A stretch of 64,000 bases of DNA, from assembly GCF_009914755.1 (NCBI RefSeq), contig NC_060928.1; one strand, 5' to 3'. Source of the DNA: the human T2T-CHM13v2.0 reference genome, Homo sapiens. This document shows positions 28,901 through 45,489 of this stretch, one piece after another (the stretch's first letter is position 1; each line of letters begins with the position of its first letter). The notes under the pieces are model-generated. The model searched no databases and had not been told where the DNA came from. It saw only the letters and a list, made by a program, of their open reading frames with translations. The translations under genes and the position numbers were made by a program.

Positions 28901-29264
28901 GCTTTGAAACTACAGTGTATTCATACATGTAAACTATTTATTATGTGGATAGTAGAACAAGGAATACAACAAAGTTTGTGAGGAATAGCTCCAGGATTTA
29001 GAAATACCTTCCCCACTGTTCCTTATTCAAACTGGAAGGTATGAGTAGGGTAAAATAGGCATAAAAGACATCTTCCTTAGGCCTACAGATGAGACTATTA
29101 GATTGATTTTTTTAAAAAACATCATTGAGTTTGGGATAAGGCAGACAGAGTGTGAACCCTTGGATAGAAGGGATCTGATCTTCATCCTGAATTGTGTAAT
29201 AGAATCCATTATGTAGCCACATACAACACATGATACAGGGACTTCTGAATAGTAGAGGTTGAAA

Positions 29265-29485
29265 ATTCAGACTGTAGAGTTGGAAGCAGTGGGTTTGAGA
29301 CCTTGCTGTGTGCCATTTTCTGACTCAGTGACCTTAAACAAGTTACTTAATTTATCCAGTCATCAATTTCCTTATTTCTAAAATTGGAAATATCCTGGGA
29401 TTCATCTGAGGGTCAAGCTTGTAGAGTGTTTAACACATGCTTGGCACAATGAGCTTTCATTAAACATTAACTAGGACTAATTACC
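29265..29485 (+). mobile_element. MIR SINE
   Basis: gtgaccttaaacaagttacttaa...tgcttggcaca. Confidence 0.65.
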
Positions 29486-29879
29486 ATTATAATTAGTAGC
29501 TCCATTTTCTCCTTATCTAGGAGATGCTGAGGACTCAGCTAGTGAAGAAGGACACATCAGGCATGGCTCAACCAGCTGGCGTGCATTAAACAAAGGCTCA
29601 TCTGCTGGCGGTATCTTTGTTGCCCACTCAATAGAAGAGGGAAGGACATGTAACATGATGATACAGTTAGGAAACATTTGTATTCTGTTTATGTTAAACC
29701 AGAATGTTTATTTCCAACTGTCTGTCAAGGTTGACATCTTAGGAGGCCGTATTTATCATAAACATTTTAAAAAGTGTTTTTCAAGGATTACTATCACAAG
29801 TAAGTTGTAAGCCATAAAAGTAGGCATGCCTTCTTACTTCACAGACACCCATTTTCCATGAAACTCGCAAGAATCATAC

Positions 29880-30335
29880 AAGTATTTACTGAGGGACTTC
29901 TACATGCAAGACACTCTTCTAAGCCGTGAAGATGTAGAATTTAACTATGTTAAATAACTATGTTTACATAATTACATTATCAAATAAACATACACATAGC
30001 CCCTACTTTCATGGTGCTCACATTCTGATGGGGGGACCATAATGTAAATATACAAAATCAATTAAAATATTTGTAAAGTTTGTGGAAGGTGGTGATAACT
30101 ACTGTGAAGAAAAACGAAGCAAGGTAAAGAGAAAGAATAATGGGCAGTTTCTGTCTCCCAGTTAACGGGTGGTCATAAAAGGTCTGTCTGATGAGATATT
30201 GTTTGAACAGAGATGCTAACAGTAAAGGGCAGAACCAACCAGATATATGGAGGACAAACATTTCCACCCAAAGAAACATCAAGTGCAAAGGCCCTGTGGC
30301 AGAGCATGACTGGGGTGTTCAAGGAAGAGCAAGGT
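29880..30335 (-). mobile_element. L2 fragment
   Basis: tatttactgaggg...gccccta ctttcatggtgctcacattct...aagtgcaaaggccctgtggcaga. Confidence 0.7.
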
Positions 30336-30659
30336 CATTGTACTGGAAAGTAGATGGAGACAAAGGTGATTTTCAAAAAAATGTAATGCCCCTGTGTGGC
30401 AGACACCATCCAACCAGAATAAATGCCATCTACAAACATCCAGGAAGCTGTACCTGTGTGTGCCTATGGAGCATCAGCTATGATAAGAAATAAGATCAAG
30501 GAACTCGTGGAAGCTGGATCATGTGGAGCCAGCATGTTATCTCATTGTAATTCATAGAAGTCAACTTTACCCACAAAGCATAAGGATTTTCACTATTCAT
30601 TTAAGGAGCATATTCACTCATTGATTCAATTCATTTTAGAAAATGATTCTAAGAGAAGA

Positions 30660-30825
30660 TTCCATGGTGGCTGTGTCAATTTACATTCCCACCAACAGTA
30701 TACAGCTTCTGTTTTCTCCACACCTTCATCAGCACTACCTTTTGTCTTTTTGATAATAGCCATCCTAAGAGTTGTGAGGTGATATCTCCTTGTAGTTTTG
30801 ATTTGCATTTCCGTGATGATTGGCC
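30660..30825 (-). mobile_element. L1 3' fragment, antisense
   Basis: aatttacattcccaccaacagt...ttttgataatagccatcctaa; the minus frame gives EMQIKTTRRYHLTTLRMAIIKK (ORF2 C-terminus). Confidence 0.85.
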
Positions 30826-31774
30826 GGTATTCTTGGGAAAAAAAGTAAGACAGCATTCACTGGGATGTACATTTTCTAGTAGCTGTGTTAAATCTGATCT
30901 GGGTTTCCCTACCCACTCCAGAAATTCAGCAATTCATTCAGTGTTCTGGGAGGATAGTGAAATGTGGAACCTAAGCTGATCTTCCCAACTACCCAGGTAC
31001 CTCGGAACTAAAATGGAAATGGATGAGAGACATTGTATTGGATCTATAGAGGAGCACGTGGCAAAGTGGTCCAACCCTTGAGAATAAGATTCATAATAAG
31101 AGGGAAAGGTTTTCTGTTCATATGTGGCCTGGGAAGACAGAAAATCCTCTCTGAGGTTGCAGAGGGTAGAGTCCAGCTTGGTCTCTGGATGCTAGAACAT
31201 GATGGCACAGGGTGCTTCTTGATATAGCCCCAGGTGGATTCACTGCCACATCCTCCTACCAAAGCTCCTAGAAAACCTGCTAAAAATTATTTGAGAGAGG
31301 AAATGAAGGCAACAACCATTTGGGAGCCCATCATGAAGTTCATGGAGCCGAGACCACCAGTGCTACTCTATCTGTCTCAAGGTAGCTATAGTCTCAGCAG
31401 AGTCCTAGGTGAATGTCACCTGTGGCATTTTGCAGCCGCTGTGATGTCACTCCCACCAGGGACAACAGGAGCTGCATGGTCCAGCTTTCACAGCTGCTGA
31501 GATCCCAGAGTATTTTATATTATTAGAACCTGTAATTGCAGCAGGAAAATGTAATGGCCCACAAGGAAGACACAAAAGCTTCATTTTCATAGCAGGTACC
31601 CAAGATGATCAAGAATCATACTGACTATTTTTTTTATTCATTCCAGGAACATTAATGCATGGACAGAACTGTCCATCACTTTCCCTTGCTCAGTCTGGCT
31701 TGGCAGCTGAGGGAACATGGGTTATACAAGCTTTCAGTATGTCAACAGTAGAGCAAAGATTGCTTGGGTCTTGG

Positions 31775-32000
31775 CTCTGGATCAGAAAGTGCTAGGTCCA
31801 GTATCAGGGCTCTGCCACTTTGTAGCAGGGTGACTTCTTCCTTAACCTCTTTAAGCCTTGGTTTCCTCATCTTTGAAATGGGGCTTATAATAGTGTTAGA
31901 CTTCTAAGGTTTTATGAGGGCTAGTGAGATAATGTATTGAAGGCATTTAGCACTCTGCCTGGCACATAACAGATAGATTAATGCTAATTGTTGTTTTGAT
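31775..32000 (+). mobile_element. MIR SINE
   Basis: gctctgccact...cttggtttcctcatctttgaaatggg...tgcctggcacata. Confidence 0.75.
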
Positions 32001-33727
32001 GATTTAGAGTAGAAGTAGAATTATTTAGTAAAGTGAGCATGTGCCAGAAAGAGAAGAGGGAGGGGAGGAGAAGAATATTCAGTCCTTATAAATTTTAACA
32101 GAAATTATTGAAATACAAGAGTTACTGATAGACTAGAACTGGCTGTGAGTTATTTTTTAAAAAAAGAAATGAAATGATTTTTTAGGAATAGAATTTTAGA
32201 TGGTCATTGGAAGCAGTTGACTATTGCCTTTATTTCAGACCATTTATTCAATGCCTGTGAATAGTGAGATTAAATAATACTTTCTGGGCATCTCTTAAAT
32301 AAGATGGTAATTAAAGAGAGCACTGGGATAGTATGTGATGCCTGTTAAGTTAGAGATTTCTGAGAGGGACAACAAGGTAGTTAGTAGCTGCTCCATTCAT
32401 TTCAGATTGGACTGACCAACCCATTCAATCAGAGGAGAGTTTTGGACCCAGAATCCTTCAGTCTATCTATCCAATCCCAATTTGAACAGATAACTGTCAG
32501 CTTAATTTAGTGCCTGGCTGAATTCAGATGTAATGGTTTTCTTTTTAATCAGTCCTTTCTGACATAATAGAAGAATTTGAGTGGCTTTCTGAAGGTTAAA
32601 TAGCTGGAATAAAACTCATATATCCCTAACATTTCAGAAGAGCTTACTTTCCATTTGGTGGATGTGTGATTTTGGTAATTTCTCTCCTGTAAGTAAAATG
32701 ATGTTCCTCTACCTCCCTCCTGAAGTTGTTTTGCTTATCTTTTTAATTTTTTCATAACCAGCTGACCTTTTTCCTAAATAGGTCATTTTGTTGTGCAGCC
32801 AGTAAACTCGGTGTTCTGGAGATTTTTTGCCCAAGGAGGTTGAATATATTTATATCTGGATGTGCTCATATGTCCAACAGATATTTCAATCTGTATTTGA
32901 AAGCTGTTAAGGCAATAGCGCTATAAAATTCCCTGCTTCATAAAATCAAAGAAAAATAAATGCTCTTAACATATAACCAGACATTTTCAAAAGTTCAAAA
33001 GTAAAATGTAAAAATGAGTCTTTATTCTGTAAGAAAATCAGAAGCAAAACAGAATCTAGCCCTTTTTTATTAATGCAGTTATAGTTTATGTAAACATTTA
33101 ATTTTCCATTTTAGTTGTAAAAAAACATTATATAAAGGATATGTGTTTTTTAAATATTTTCACAACATAATACCATTGTCTAATCAAAATGACATGTACA
33201 AGATAAAAAGTAAAATGTAGAGTCTGCTTCTGGCATAACTTTTCTTCCATAACATTTACACTATTAGCATATGCTAGAGGGTGCTTACTGCAGAATCTGT
33301 AGGGTAGAATGAGCCAGGAAACTAATCTCCCAGCCATGTAGTGTGTAAATTGACATAAATTGAAACAATATTAAAATCAGATCAAAAATGTATCTAAAGC
33401 TGAACTCCAGCCTGTACTGTGACTTGATTGTAAAAAACTCCCCAAAAAGCGCGGGAGGTGAAAGAAAATAAAGGAATACTTTGTGATATTAATGATAATA
33501 CTGAATCATTCTTTAAGAAAAAAAGGAACTCAAGATCCAGATATAAAATGATATAGTTCTAATATTTACTGCAGTAAATTAGACAAGATTTAATGGATCT
33601 AACTGCACAGTCTCTGTGTAAAGACACACAGAAGTATGAGACATGGGATTGACATTCAGGAGCTTACCGTATAGTTACTAACATTGACATCTGAAAAGTT
33701 AAAAAGCAAATTAATGAACAAAACCAT

Positions 33728-34263
33728 TCGTATTCGTTTTCTATTGCTTCTATAACAAGCTAGCACAAAGTTATTGTCTTGAGTTCTGGAGGTCAGAAGT
33801 CCGAATTCAGTTTCACTGGTCTGAAGTCAAAGTATTGACAAGTCTGCATTCTCTCTGGAGGTATTAGAAGAGAACCTGTCTCCTTGCCTTTTGCATCTTC
33901 TAGACTCTAGGTGCATTTCTTGGCTAATGGCCCCTTCCTCCATCTTCAGTGCCAGTAGCATGACATCCCTCCCATCTCTCTCTCTCTCTGTGACCTCTGC
34001 TTCCACTGCCACATTTCCTTCTCTGATTCTGCTTTTGTGGTTATATTTCCTCCTCTTATGCTGATCCTTATGCCTCCCTCTTATAAGGACCCTTGTGATT
34101 ATATTGGATCCTCCCAGATAATCCAAAATAGTCTCCCCATTTCAAGATCCTTAGCTTAATCACATCTGCAGAGTCAGTCCCCTTTGCCATATAAGGTAAC
34201 ATTCGCAGCTTCCAGAGATGGGCTGTGCACATCTTTCAGGGGGCCATTATTTAGCTTACCACA
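33728..34263 (-). mobile_element. MLT1C/D-like LTR
   Basis: gttctggaggtcagaagtcc...ataaggacccttgtgattatattgg...aatcacatctgca...ttaccaca. Confidence 0.85.
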
Positions 34264-34539
34264 TTATTTAGCTTACCTTAAACAAAAAAGAAAAATATTT
34301 GCAGGCTAAATTTCAAGATTCTTTAAGAACACTACAGTCTTCCTCTTTAGTTTCATTCCCTACCAGATGTCTAAATTCATTCCTTCTGGCTACCGTCCTG
34401 CCCTTTCCCTCCCCTCTGTCTTCGTTGGTGAGTTCTTTTGTAACCTCTTCACTTTTCAGATTCTTATCCATCCTTCAAAGCCAATCTCAAATGCTGTGTT
34501 CTCCATTTAATATTTCTGATTTTCCCAAATTAGCCTAGA

Positions 34540-34960
34540 CATTTTGGTTGCAGGTGACAGAAGCCCAACAAACACATTTAAGCAAGATCTGGAGCCACTG
34601 TTAACTCAAGTAATTGAATTGTTTAAACACAGACCAGGGGTGGATCTGGCCTTTGAAACAGCTATGATCAGGAACTTGAACATGATCTGGACTATTTTTA
34701 CTTCTCCCTGCATACATACCAAGTTCTGTCAGATCAGCTCTTCTAACTTTGGCAGTAGTCGATGTAGCTACAGGTTACTTCAAGCTTACAGTTTTACAAC
34801 TTTTAGCCAGAAAGAAAGAGACCGTCTCCTTCAGCTAGAGTTTGAAAGAAATTCTGAGAGAAGGACTCTGATTGGCTTGGCTGAGGTCACATGTCCAACC
34901 CTTAGACCAATCACTGTGGTGAGATGGTCATGTATTGAAGCTAGAGATAGGAAATGTGGA
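34540..34960 (-). mobile_element. Old ERVL/MaLR LTR remnant
   Basis: ttggttgcaggtgacagaagccc...ctgattggcttggctgaggtcacatgtcca...accaatcactgtgg. Confidence 0.5.
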
Positions 34961-36639
34961 AAATAATCTTTTAACAGGAAGGAATTATTTACTGTCGCTA
35001 CCAACTTAGTGTGACTTCTCAAACCCCATTATATTTTGTTTCTATTTTTCTTAACTTATATCATTAATTATACCGCCTTTATTTTGTCCTGTTTTTCTTG
35101 CTGACATACTGAGTTCTTAAAGCAAGTGATTATGTCTTTCTCATTTTCACCCTACCCCTCCCACTCAGCACCTTATTCTGTGCAATACTCATAGTAAAAG
35201 TACAGTAAAAGCGTTGAATTGGGGTGAAAATAATACTTTAACACAAAAGATATCTCGAGGCAGCTCAAATTTAATTAAAATAGGTGCTAAAAATTCAGAG
35301 AAATTAAGTGCACTATGGAGTTTAATGACGAGAAAATATTACAGCTTAAATTGGGATTTGAAAGATGAGTCGAATTTACGTAGAAAAAGGACATATAGCA
35401 AAGAGAATAGCATATTACAAAACTCATGTGGTCATAAAGGGAAGAAGGAGAAACAGAAAACTAGTCTAGGTACAAATGGTCTTTTGGTGCTGGAACCTCT
35501 TCTATGACTGTACGGCTAGAAATAATAAATATTTAATGTTCATGCTAATTAAAAATTATCATTGCAGAATAGCAGTTTTCCATATCTTGCAAAGATTCAT
35601 TGTCATTTATTCATTTAATTACTTATTGGTGGTTTACTATGATTATTTATGCATATTAAGGCCTGTGACTCATAATAAGATGTTACTGCTTCAAAGAGGG
35701 AGGTAGCAAGATGAGAGAAGAGAGTGCTGAGGAGGAATTAGAGGAAAACAGGGCCAGCCCTGATCATAGCAACCCCATCAGAGCCCACGGTTTTTAAGAA
35801 TTTCTAAGAACCCTAGTACCTATTGCGAAGGGATGCCTACATTTTAAAATGTGCCTCTTTAGCAAATGTAACATTTTTGATAACAAAGCTGTGGCCTTTG
35901 AATTGAGGACCTCACCCACGGATGCATCTAGTCACAATCTATGTAGATCTACTGAAAGTCGTGGGCTGTAAATTTGAAATAATAGAAATCCTTTGACCGG
36001 TGTTTTTGAAGTACCTCTTGGTCTTAATGTGTTCTTTAAGACAAAATAAAATGTGAGTACTTACTATATGCCAGGAATTAATATTATTACAACATAATTA
36101 AACAATAATTGATACAATTACAACAATTAATAATAAGTGGGCTCTGCCTCCAAGGACTTCATGTCTGTTGAGGGGGAAAAAACACAGAAATGGAACATTT
36201 AAGAGATATACGATTATAACTCTGAAAGCCATTTGACCCCAGTGTTATGAAACCATGGTGTTCTGCCTCCAGTACTGACTGATTCCTCATACATTACCCA
36301 CTTTTCTCATGCTGGTATTACTCTTCCCTGCTCCTGTGGCTTGTCTTGCTTCCTATAGGAATCCTCTGTACAAAGAAAATAGATTTGTATTTGGAAGACA
36401 ATTTTCATGCTTTCTTCTCAGCCCAGAAACATCAAACTACTCTCACCACCTGTGGGATAAAGTCTGAACTCAAGGGCCTGATTTGCCAGAAACCTACCTA
36501 CAAATTTGGGGTCATCCTACTAGCCCATTGATTTCTTCCTTGTATCCTGTTTTTACACATTCCCCCAAATGAAGCCCGTATTATCTTCTCTCTCCTGGAG
36601 AGTTATTCTCTTTGTCCACAACTCATCAAAACCTGTGAA

Positions 36640-36895
36640 CTTTTAAGGTTTTGGTTTAAAATCTACCTCCTACTGGAAGCCATTCTGAATGAACTTCTAG
36701 GGAAATTACTGCTTGACTATTAACCTTTAATCATAGATCTTTTACGTTATTCCTTCTCTGTGTCTAATGTCTTTATGTTGTTTCCCAAATTCATTGTTAA
36801 CTAATAAAGAAAGAACCAGGACTCTGTTGTATTCATCTATGGGTTCTGAGCACCATGGACAGTGCCTTGCCAGGAAGCATCTAGTTAATATGCGG
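36640..36895 (+). mobile_element. L2 3' end fragment
   Basis: aatctacctcctactggaagcc...ttgtattcatct...agcacc...acagtgccttg is collinear with the L2 terminus. Confidence 0.55.
36846..36866 (+). promoter_or_regulatory. Candidate RE1/NRSE (REST binding site)
   Basis: CTGAGCACCATGGACAGTGCC versus consensus TTCAGCACCAYGGACAGCGCC: both half-sites present with the canonical 2-nt spacer. Confidence 0.7.
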
Positions 36896-37699
36896 TTATC
36901 ACAGTACCTACTTTGAATGTTGATAAGACAATTATAAATGTAAACTGAAATATAGTACTTTTATGTAGAAAGATCATTCATTGGCATTCGTGATGTATTT
37001 TGCAATTGCTAAGAGCCTTGAAAAAGCTATTTTGTGATAATTAGAGAAAAAAAGCAGGCTGTTGGCATGAGGAATCAGTGTTTTAAGAAAATTATTCTGG
37101 CAGCTGTATATATAATGAGTTGATAGGGTGGGACTGGAAGCAGGTGGACAAGCTACAAGGCAGATGTATTAAATCAAGCATAAGAGGCAAGTAAGTGGGC
37201 CAGGATTCTCCCAAACACTCTGCATAGCCCAGCGGCATCTGAAATTATTTAAATATTGCCAAAGGTTATTTGACACATGGAAATAAATTCCCAGGCTTTA
37301 TTTCCAGTAATTGATCAAAGTCCATCTTTAGCCAAGTAAGGTCAGTTAGAGGGAACTTCAGATTTCCCACAGCAGTGATTTTTAAGCCTAGTTCTTGAGG
37401 AATCTCTTTGTCATTATGAGATTTATTTTTATTGCTATTGCTTATCTCACTGGTTTTGTAGGACTTAAATATGATAGCCTGTTTTGTTTACATTAAAGAA
37501 CACATAATCATGCGATGATCACAAATAAGTGTTTTTAAAATAAAAATGGAACATATGGAAAATAACGCCGGTCACCATTTGGCTTGATTCAGGACATCCA
37601 GATGCTTGTCTCCTCTCATGCTGCTAAATGGTTGGTTGTACTTTTAATTAGGGAGCAATGCAAAACTGATGTCTAAAATATTAAAGTAAAAAAATGGAA

Positions 37700-40600
37700 G
37701 CTTAGTTTACAGTCTTATAATCTTTTTATGAGATAAGATTTATATACAATGAAATGCATCTTAAGTGTACAACTTGAGTTTTGACAATGTATTCATTTGT
37801 GTAACCACACCCTAATAAAGCCAGAGATCTACCCATGTGCTCTTCACCTGTCATTCTCCATCCTATAAAAGCACCACTCCTGATTTCTCTCACCGTTGAT
37901 AGTTGTTTGCTTTAGAACTTCATTGAAATGGAATCATAGGTACCTTTTACATTGGGTCCTGCCACTCAGCATAAGGTTTTGAAGATTTATTATGGTGTGT
38001 ATCAGTAGTTCATTCTTATCCATAATTTGTTTTGTTTTTATTGGTGAATACTGTGCTGTTCTGTTTTATGAACACACCACACATTGTTTACACGTTATCT
38101 TTTTGATGGACATTTAGGTTGTTTCCAGTATTTGCTCTCATGAATTAAGCTGTTATGAACATTTTTAGAGAGTCTCTATATTTTTTCACTTGTTAATTAA
38201 ATACCTCTGAGTGGAATTTCTAGCTCCAAGGGTAGCTAGATGTTTAATTTTATAAACTGTCAATTTCTGAAACTGGTTGTACCATTTTGCCCTCCCATCA
38301 GCAATATATGTGAGATTCAGATATTTTATATTATTTGGTGTTGTTGGTCTTCTAGTGAGTATGAAGTGATGTTTCACTGAGGCTTTAATTTGCTTCTCTC
38401 TGAAGAGTACTGAAATTGGGCATCTTTTTGTTCTTATTTGCTGTTTATATATCTTCTTCTGAGGTATATGTTCAAATCTTTGACTCATTTTTAAAAAATA
38501 ACCATTCTATGTTATAAAATAATAGAAGTTATTTTATACAACTTGAATAAGGTTAACCATGCTCATATCAGGAATAGTTATTAGCGTAATTCAAGATACA
38601 CCAAATCAAATAGTATATCCAGGCACAGAGGTATTTAAAAATTAATTTTTGAATGAATAACTATATCCCATTTAAACTTCAAACAGTAATAATGTGTTTG
38701 CAAAGTGGTGAGGCTATTCTCTATTCGAAAAAAGCATTTATACTGTATCCCCAAAGGATAACAGTTCAGTCTGGTTAGCTTCCCTGTCCAGAGTCAAGTC
38801 AGTATCTTCTCATATCCGAAGATGGCCTACGACAAGCAGCTAGGGTGCATGGCTCCCACGGAGAGGAATGAGAGGAGCAAGTAAATACAGCACCTTCAAC
38901 TGAAACATCCAGATATTCACGTTAGGAACAATCATGACTCATTTTTAATTGGGTCATTTGTCTTTTTTTATTGATTGGTAGGATTGTTTATATATTCTGG
39001 GTGTGAGTCATTTGTCATATATACATACTAATATTTTCTCACAGTCTGGTACATATCCCTTTTATTTCCTAAATGATGTCTTTTTTGAGAAGTGGTTTTT
39101 AATTTTGGTGACAAATTTATCATTTTTTTCAAAATGTAGTGGTTTTTAGCACAAAGAAATCTTTTCCTATTTCAAAGTAGCAATTATTTTCTTATGTTTT
39201 CTTCTAGAAACTATATAACTTTAGCTGTTAGGTTTAATCCAGTTTGAGTGGATTTTTGCATGTGGTAAAAGACAAAAAGTTGAGATTCATTTTCTATACA
39301 TTTATCTGGTTGTCCTTGTGCCATCTGTTAAAAAGACTTTCTTTTCCCCCATTGAATTGCTTTGACAGCTTTGTTGAAAATCAGTTCACTGTATATGTGT
39401 GAAATCTGTTTCTAGACTCAGTCTTGTTCCATTGGTCAATTGGTCTATCCTTACTCCATTACCATACTGCCTTGATTACCGTAGCTTTATAGTAAATCTT
39501 GAGATTAGATAGTGTAAGTCCATCCACTCTATTTTTTCCCACCAGATTCTTCTGGCTATCCAAGATCTTCTAATTTTCCATGTAAATATTAAAATCTGTC
39601 AAGTTCTATAAAACAGCCTGCTGGGAGTTTGATTGGGATTCCATTAAATCTGAAGTTGAATTTAAGAATGGTTGATATCCAAATAATATTGAGCCTTTTA
39701 ATACATGAATGTGGATATCTGAACAGTGTATTGTAGATTTCAGGAAAGAGATCTTGCACATCTTTTGTTAAATTATTTGCTAAGTATTTTAAATTTTTAT
39801 GTTATTTCAAGTGGAATTATCTTGTATCAATCTTTACTTCTAGTATATAAAAATAGAGTTGATGTTTATATTGACCTTAAATGCCTTGTGATTTTCCTAA
39901 ATTCACTTATGAGTTCAAATAATTCTTTTGTAAGTTTCTCAGTATTTCTAGAAACAAAACCATATCATCTAGAATGAGTTTCACTTTTGCCTTTTAGGTC
40001 TTCACACATTTTATTTCTGTTTCTTGCCTTATTACATCCACTTATTTTACTCCAAAATAAGTTGTTAAACAAAAGTGATGGGCAGACATTTTTTCCTGTT
40101 TCCAATCTCTGGTTGAGTTTATCATGCTATTCAGTTCACCCGATAGATTCAAGTCACTGACATGTCAGTTCCTTTTATCTTGAAGGACTCTCTATAGTGT
40201 TTGTTGTAAGGCAAGTCTACTAGTAGCAAATTACCCAGTTCAGTATTTTACTCTAAGAAATCATGTTAACTGTAGGTTTTTTGTAGTGCCCATTTATCAG
40301 ATTGAGAATGTTCCCATATATTCCTGATTTTTTGAGGACTTTTATTATGAATCGGTTTGAATTGTATTGCAGGTCTTTTCTGTGTGATTGGAAATGATTA
40401 TATGTTTTTTATTCCTTGATTCTGTCACTGCAGTGAAGTACATTTTTGATTTTCAAATGTTAAAGCAACCTGTTCTTCTTCAGATAACCTAACTTGGTCG
40501 TGATGTATTAATATTACCTTTTTATATATTGCTGTGTTTAATTTTCTAATATTTTAAGGATCTTTTTGTTTGTTTTCTCAGGAAGGATATTGTTCTGTAG

Positions 40601-41595
40601 TTTTCTCATAATATGTTTGTCTGCATTTGGTACCAGAGCCTCATACAATGAGTTGAGAAGTGTTCCTACCACCTCTATTTAAAAAAATAGTTTGTGTAAG
40701 GTGAATATTATTTCTTCATTAATAGTTGACAAAATATACCATCGAAGCCACCTGGGCTGCAGTTTTCTTTGAGAATTTATAATTCAGTTTCTTTGATATA
40801 GTACAAGTCAGATTTTCTGTTTTATCTTGCAACAGTTCTGTTATATTCATATTTTTAGGGAAATTGTCTATTTTATTGAAATTGTTGATATTGTTAGCAT
40901 AAAATTGTGCATATTCGTTTTTTATTTTATTGGTATATATAGGATGCCTAGTGGCATGCCCTCTATTACTGATACAGGTACTGATTTTTCTCTCCTTTTG
41001 TCTTAATCGGTTTTCAAATGATATAAATATTATTTATTAATCTTATTTTAAAACAACCATTTTTTATTATATTTTCTGTATTATTTGCCTTTTATTTCAT
41101 TGCTTTCTTTCTTGTTTCCTGCATTCTACTTGTGCTGGGTTTAATTTGCCCTTTTTCTGTTTCTTACAGCAAGAACTTAGATTATTGAGTGTAAACCACC
41201 TTTCTGATGTAAGCATTTATGGCAGAGCATATGTTATCTCCTGGAGAATGCTCCATGTTTGAAGAGAAGGTATATTCTCCACACATTAGGTGATGTGCTC
41301 TCTAAATGTCAGTTAGGTTGAGTTGGTTGCTCAGGTATTTCAGTTCACCCAATAGATTCAAGTTACTGTCATGTCAGTTCATTTTATCCTGAAGGCCTCT
41401 CTGTAGTGTTTGTTTTAAGGCTGGTCTACTAGCAGCAAATTCTCTCAGTATTTATCTGTAGAATTTTGCTGTTATTGTTTTGTGGGATACTTTTGCTGGA
41501 TATAAATTTTTCTAGTTTAACAGATTTTTTTATTGCCCTCTGCATTTTCATTATGTCATTCCACAGCCTTCTAGCCCTCATTGCTTCTGATAAGA
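37700..41595 (-). mobile_element. Old L1M (3'UTR and ORF2 relic), antisense, with internal insertions
   Basis: Continuous degraded antisense L1 phrases (gatggacatttaggttgtttccag; ccatactgccttgattaccgtagctttatagtaaatcttga; aatgagttgagaagtgttcc). Confidence 0.85.
38481..38948. mobile_element. TSD-flanked insertion: ~320 bp non-L1 DNA plus ~120 bp primate L1 5' terminus
   Basis: Direct repeats TGACTCATTTTTAA at 38481-38494 and 38935-38948; 38816-38934 resembles an older L1PA/L1PB 5' end (aagatggcc...gtaaatacagcaccttcaactgaaacatccag). Confidence 0.8.
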
Positions 41596-41606
41596 AGTGA
41601 GCCCTT

Positions 41607-45486
<3,880 letters not shown>

Positions 45487-45489
45487 GTC

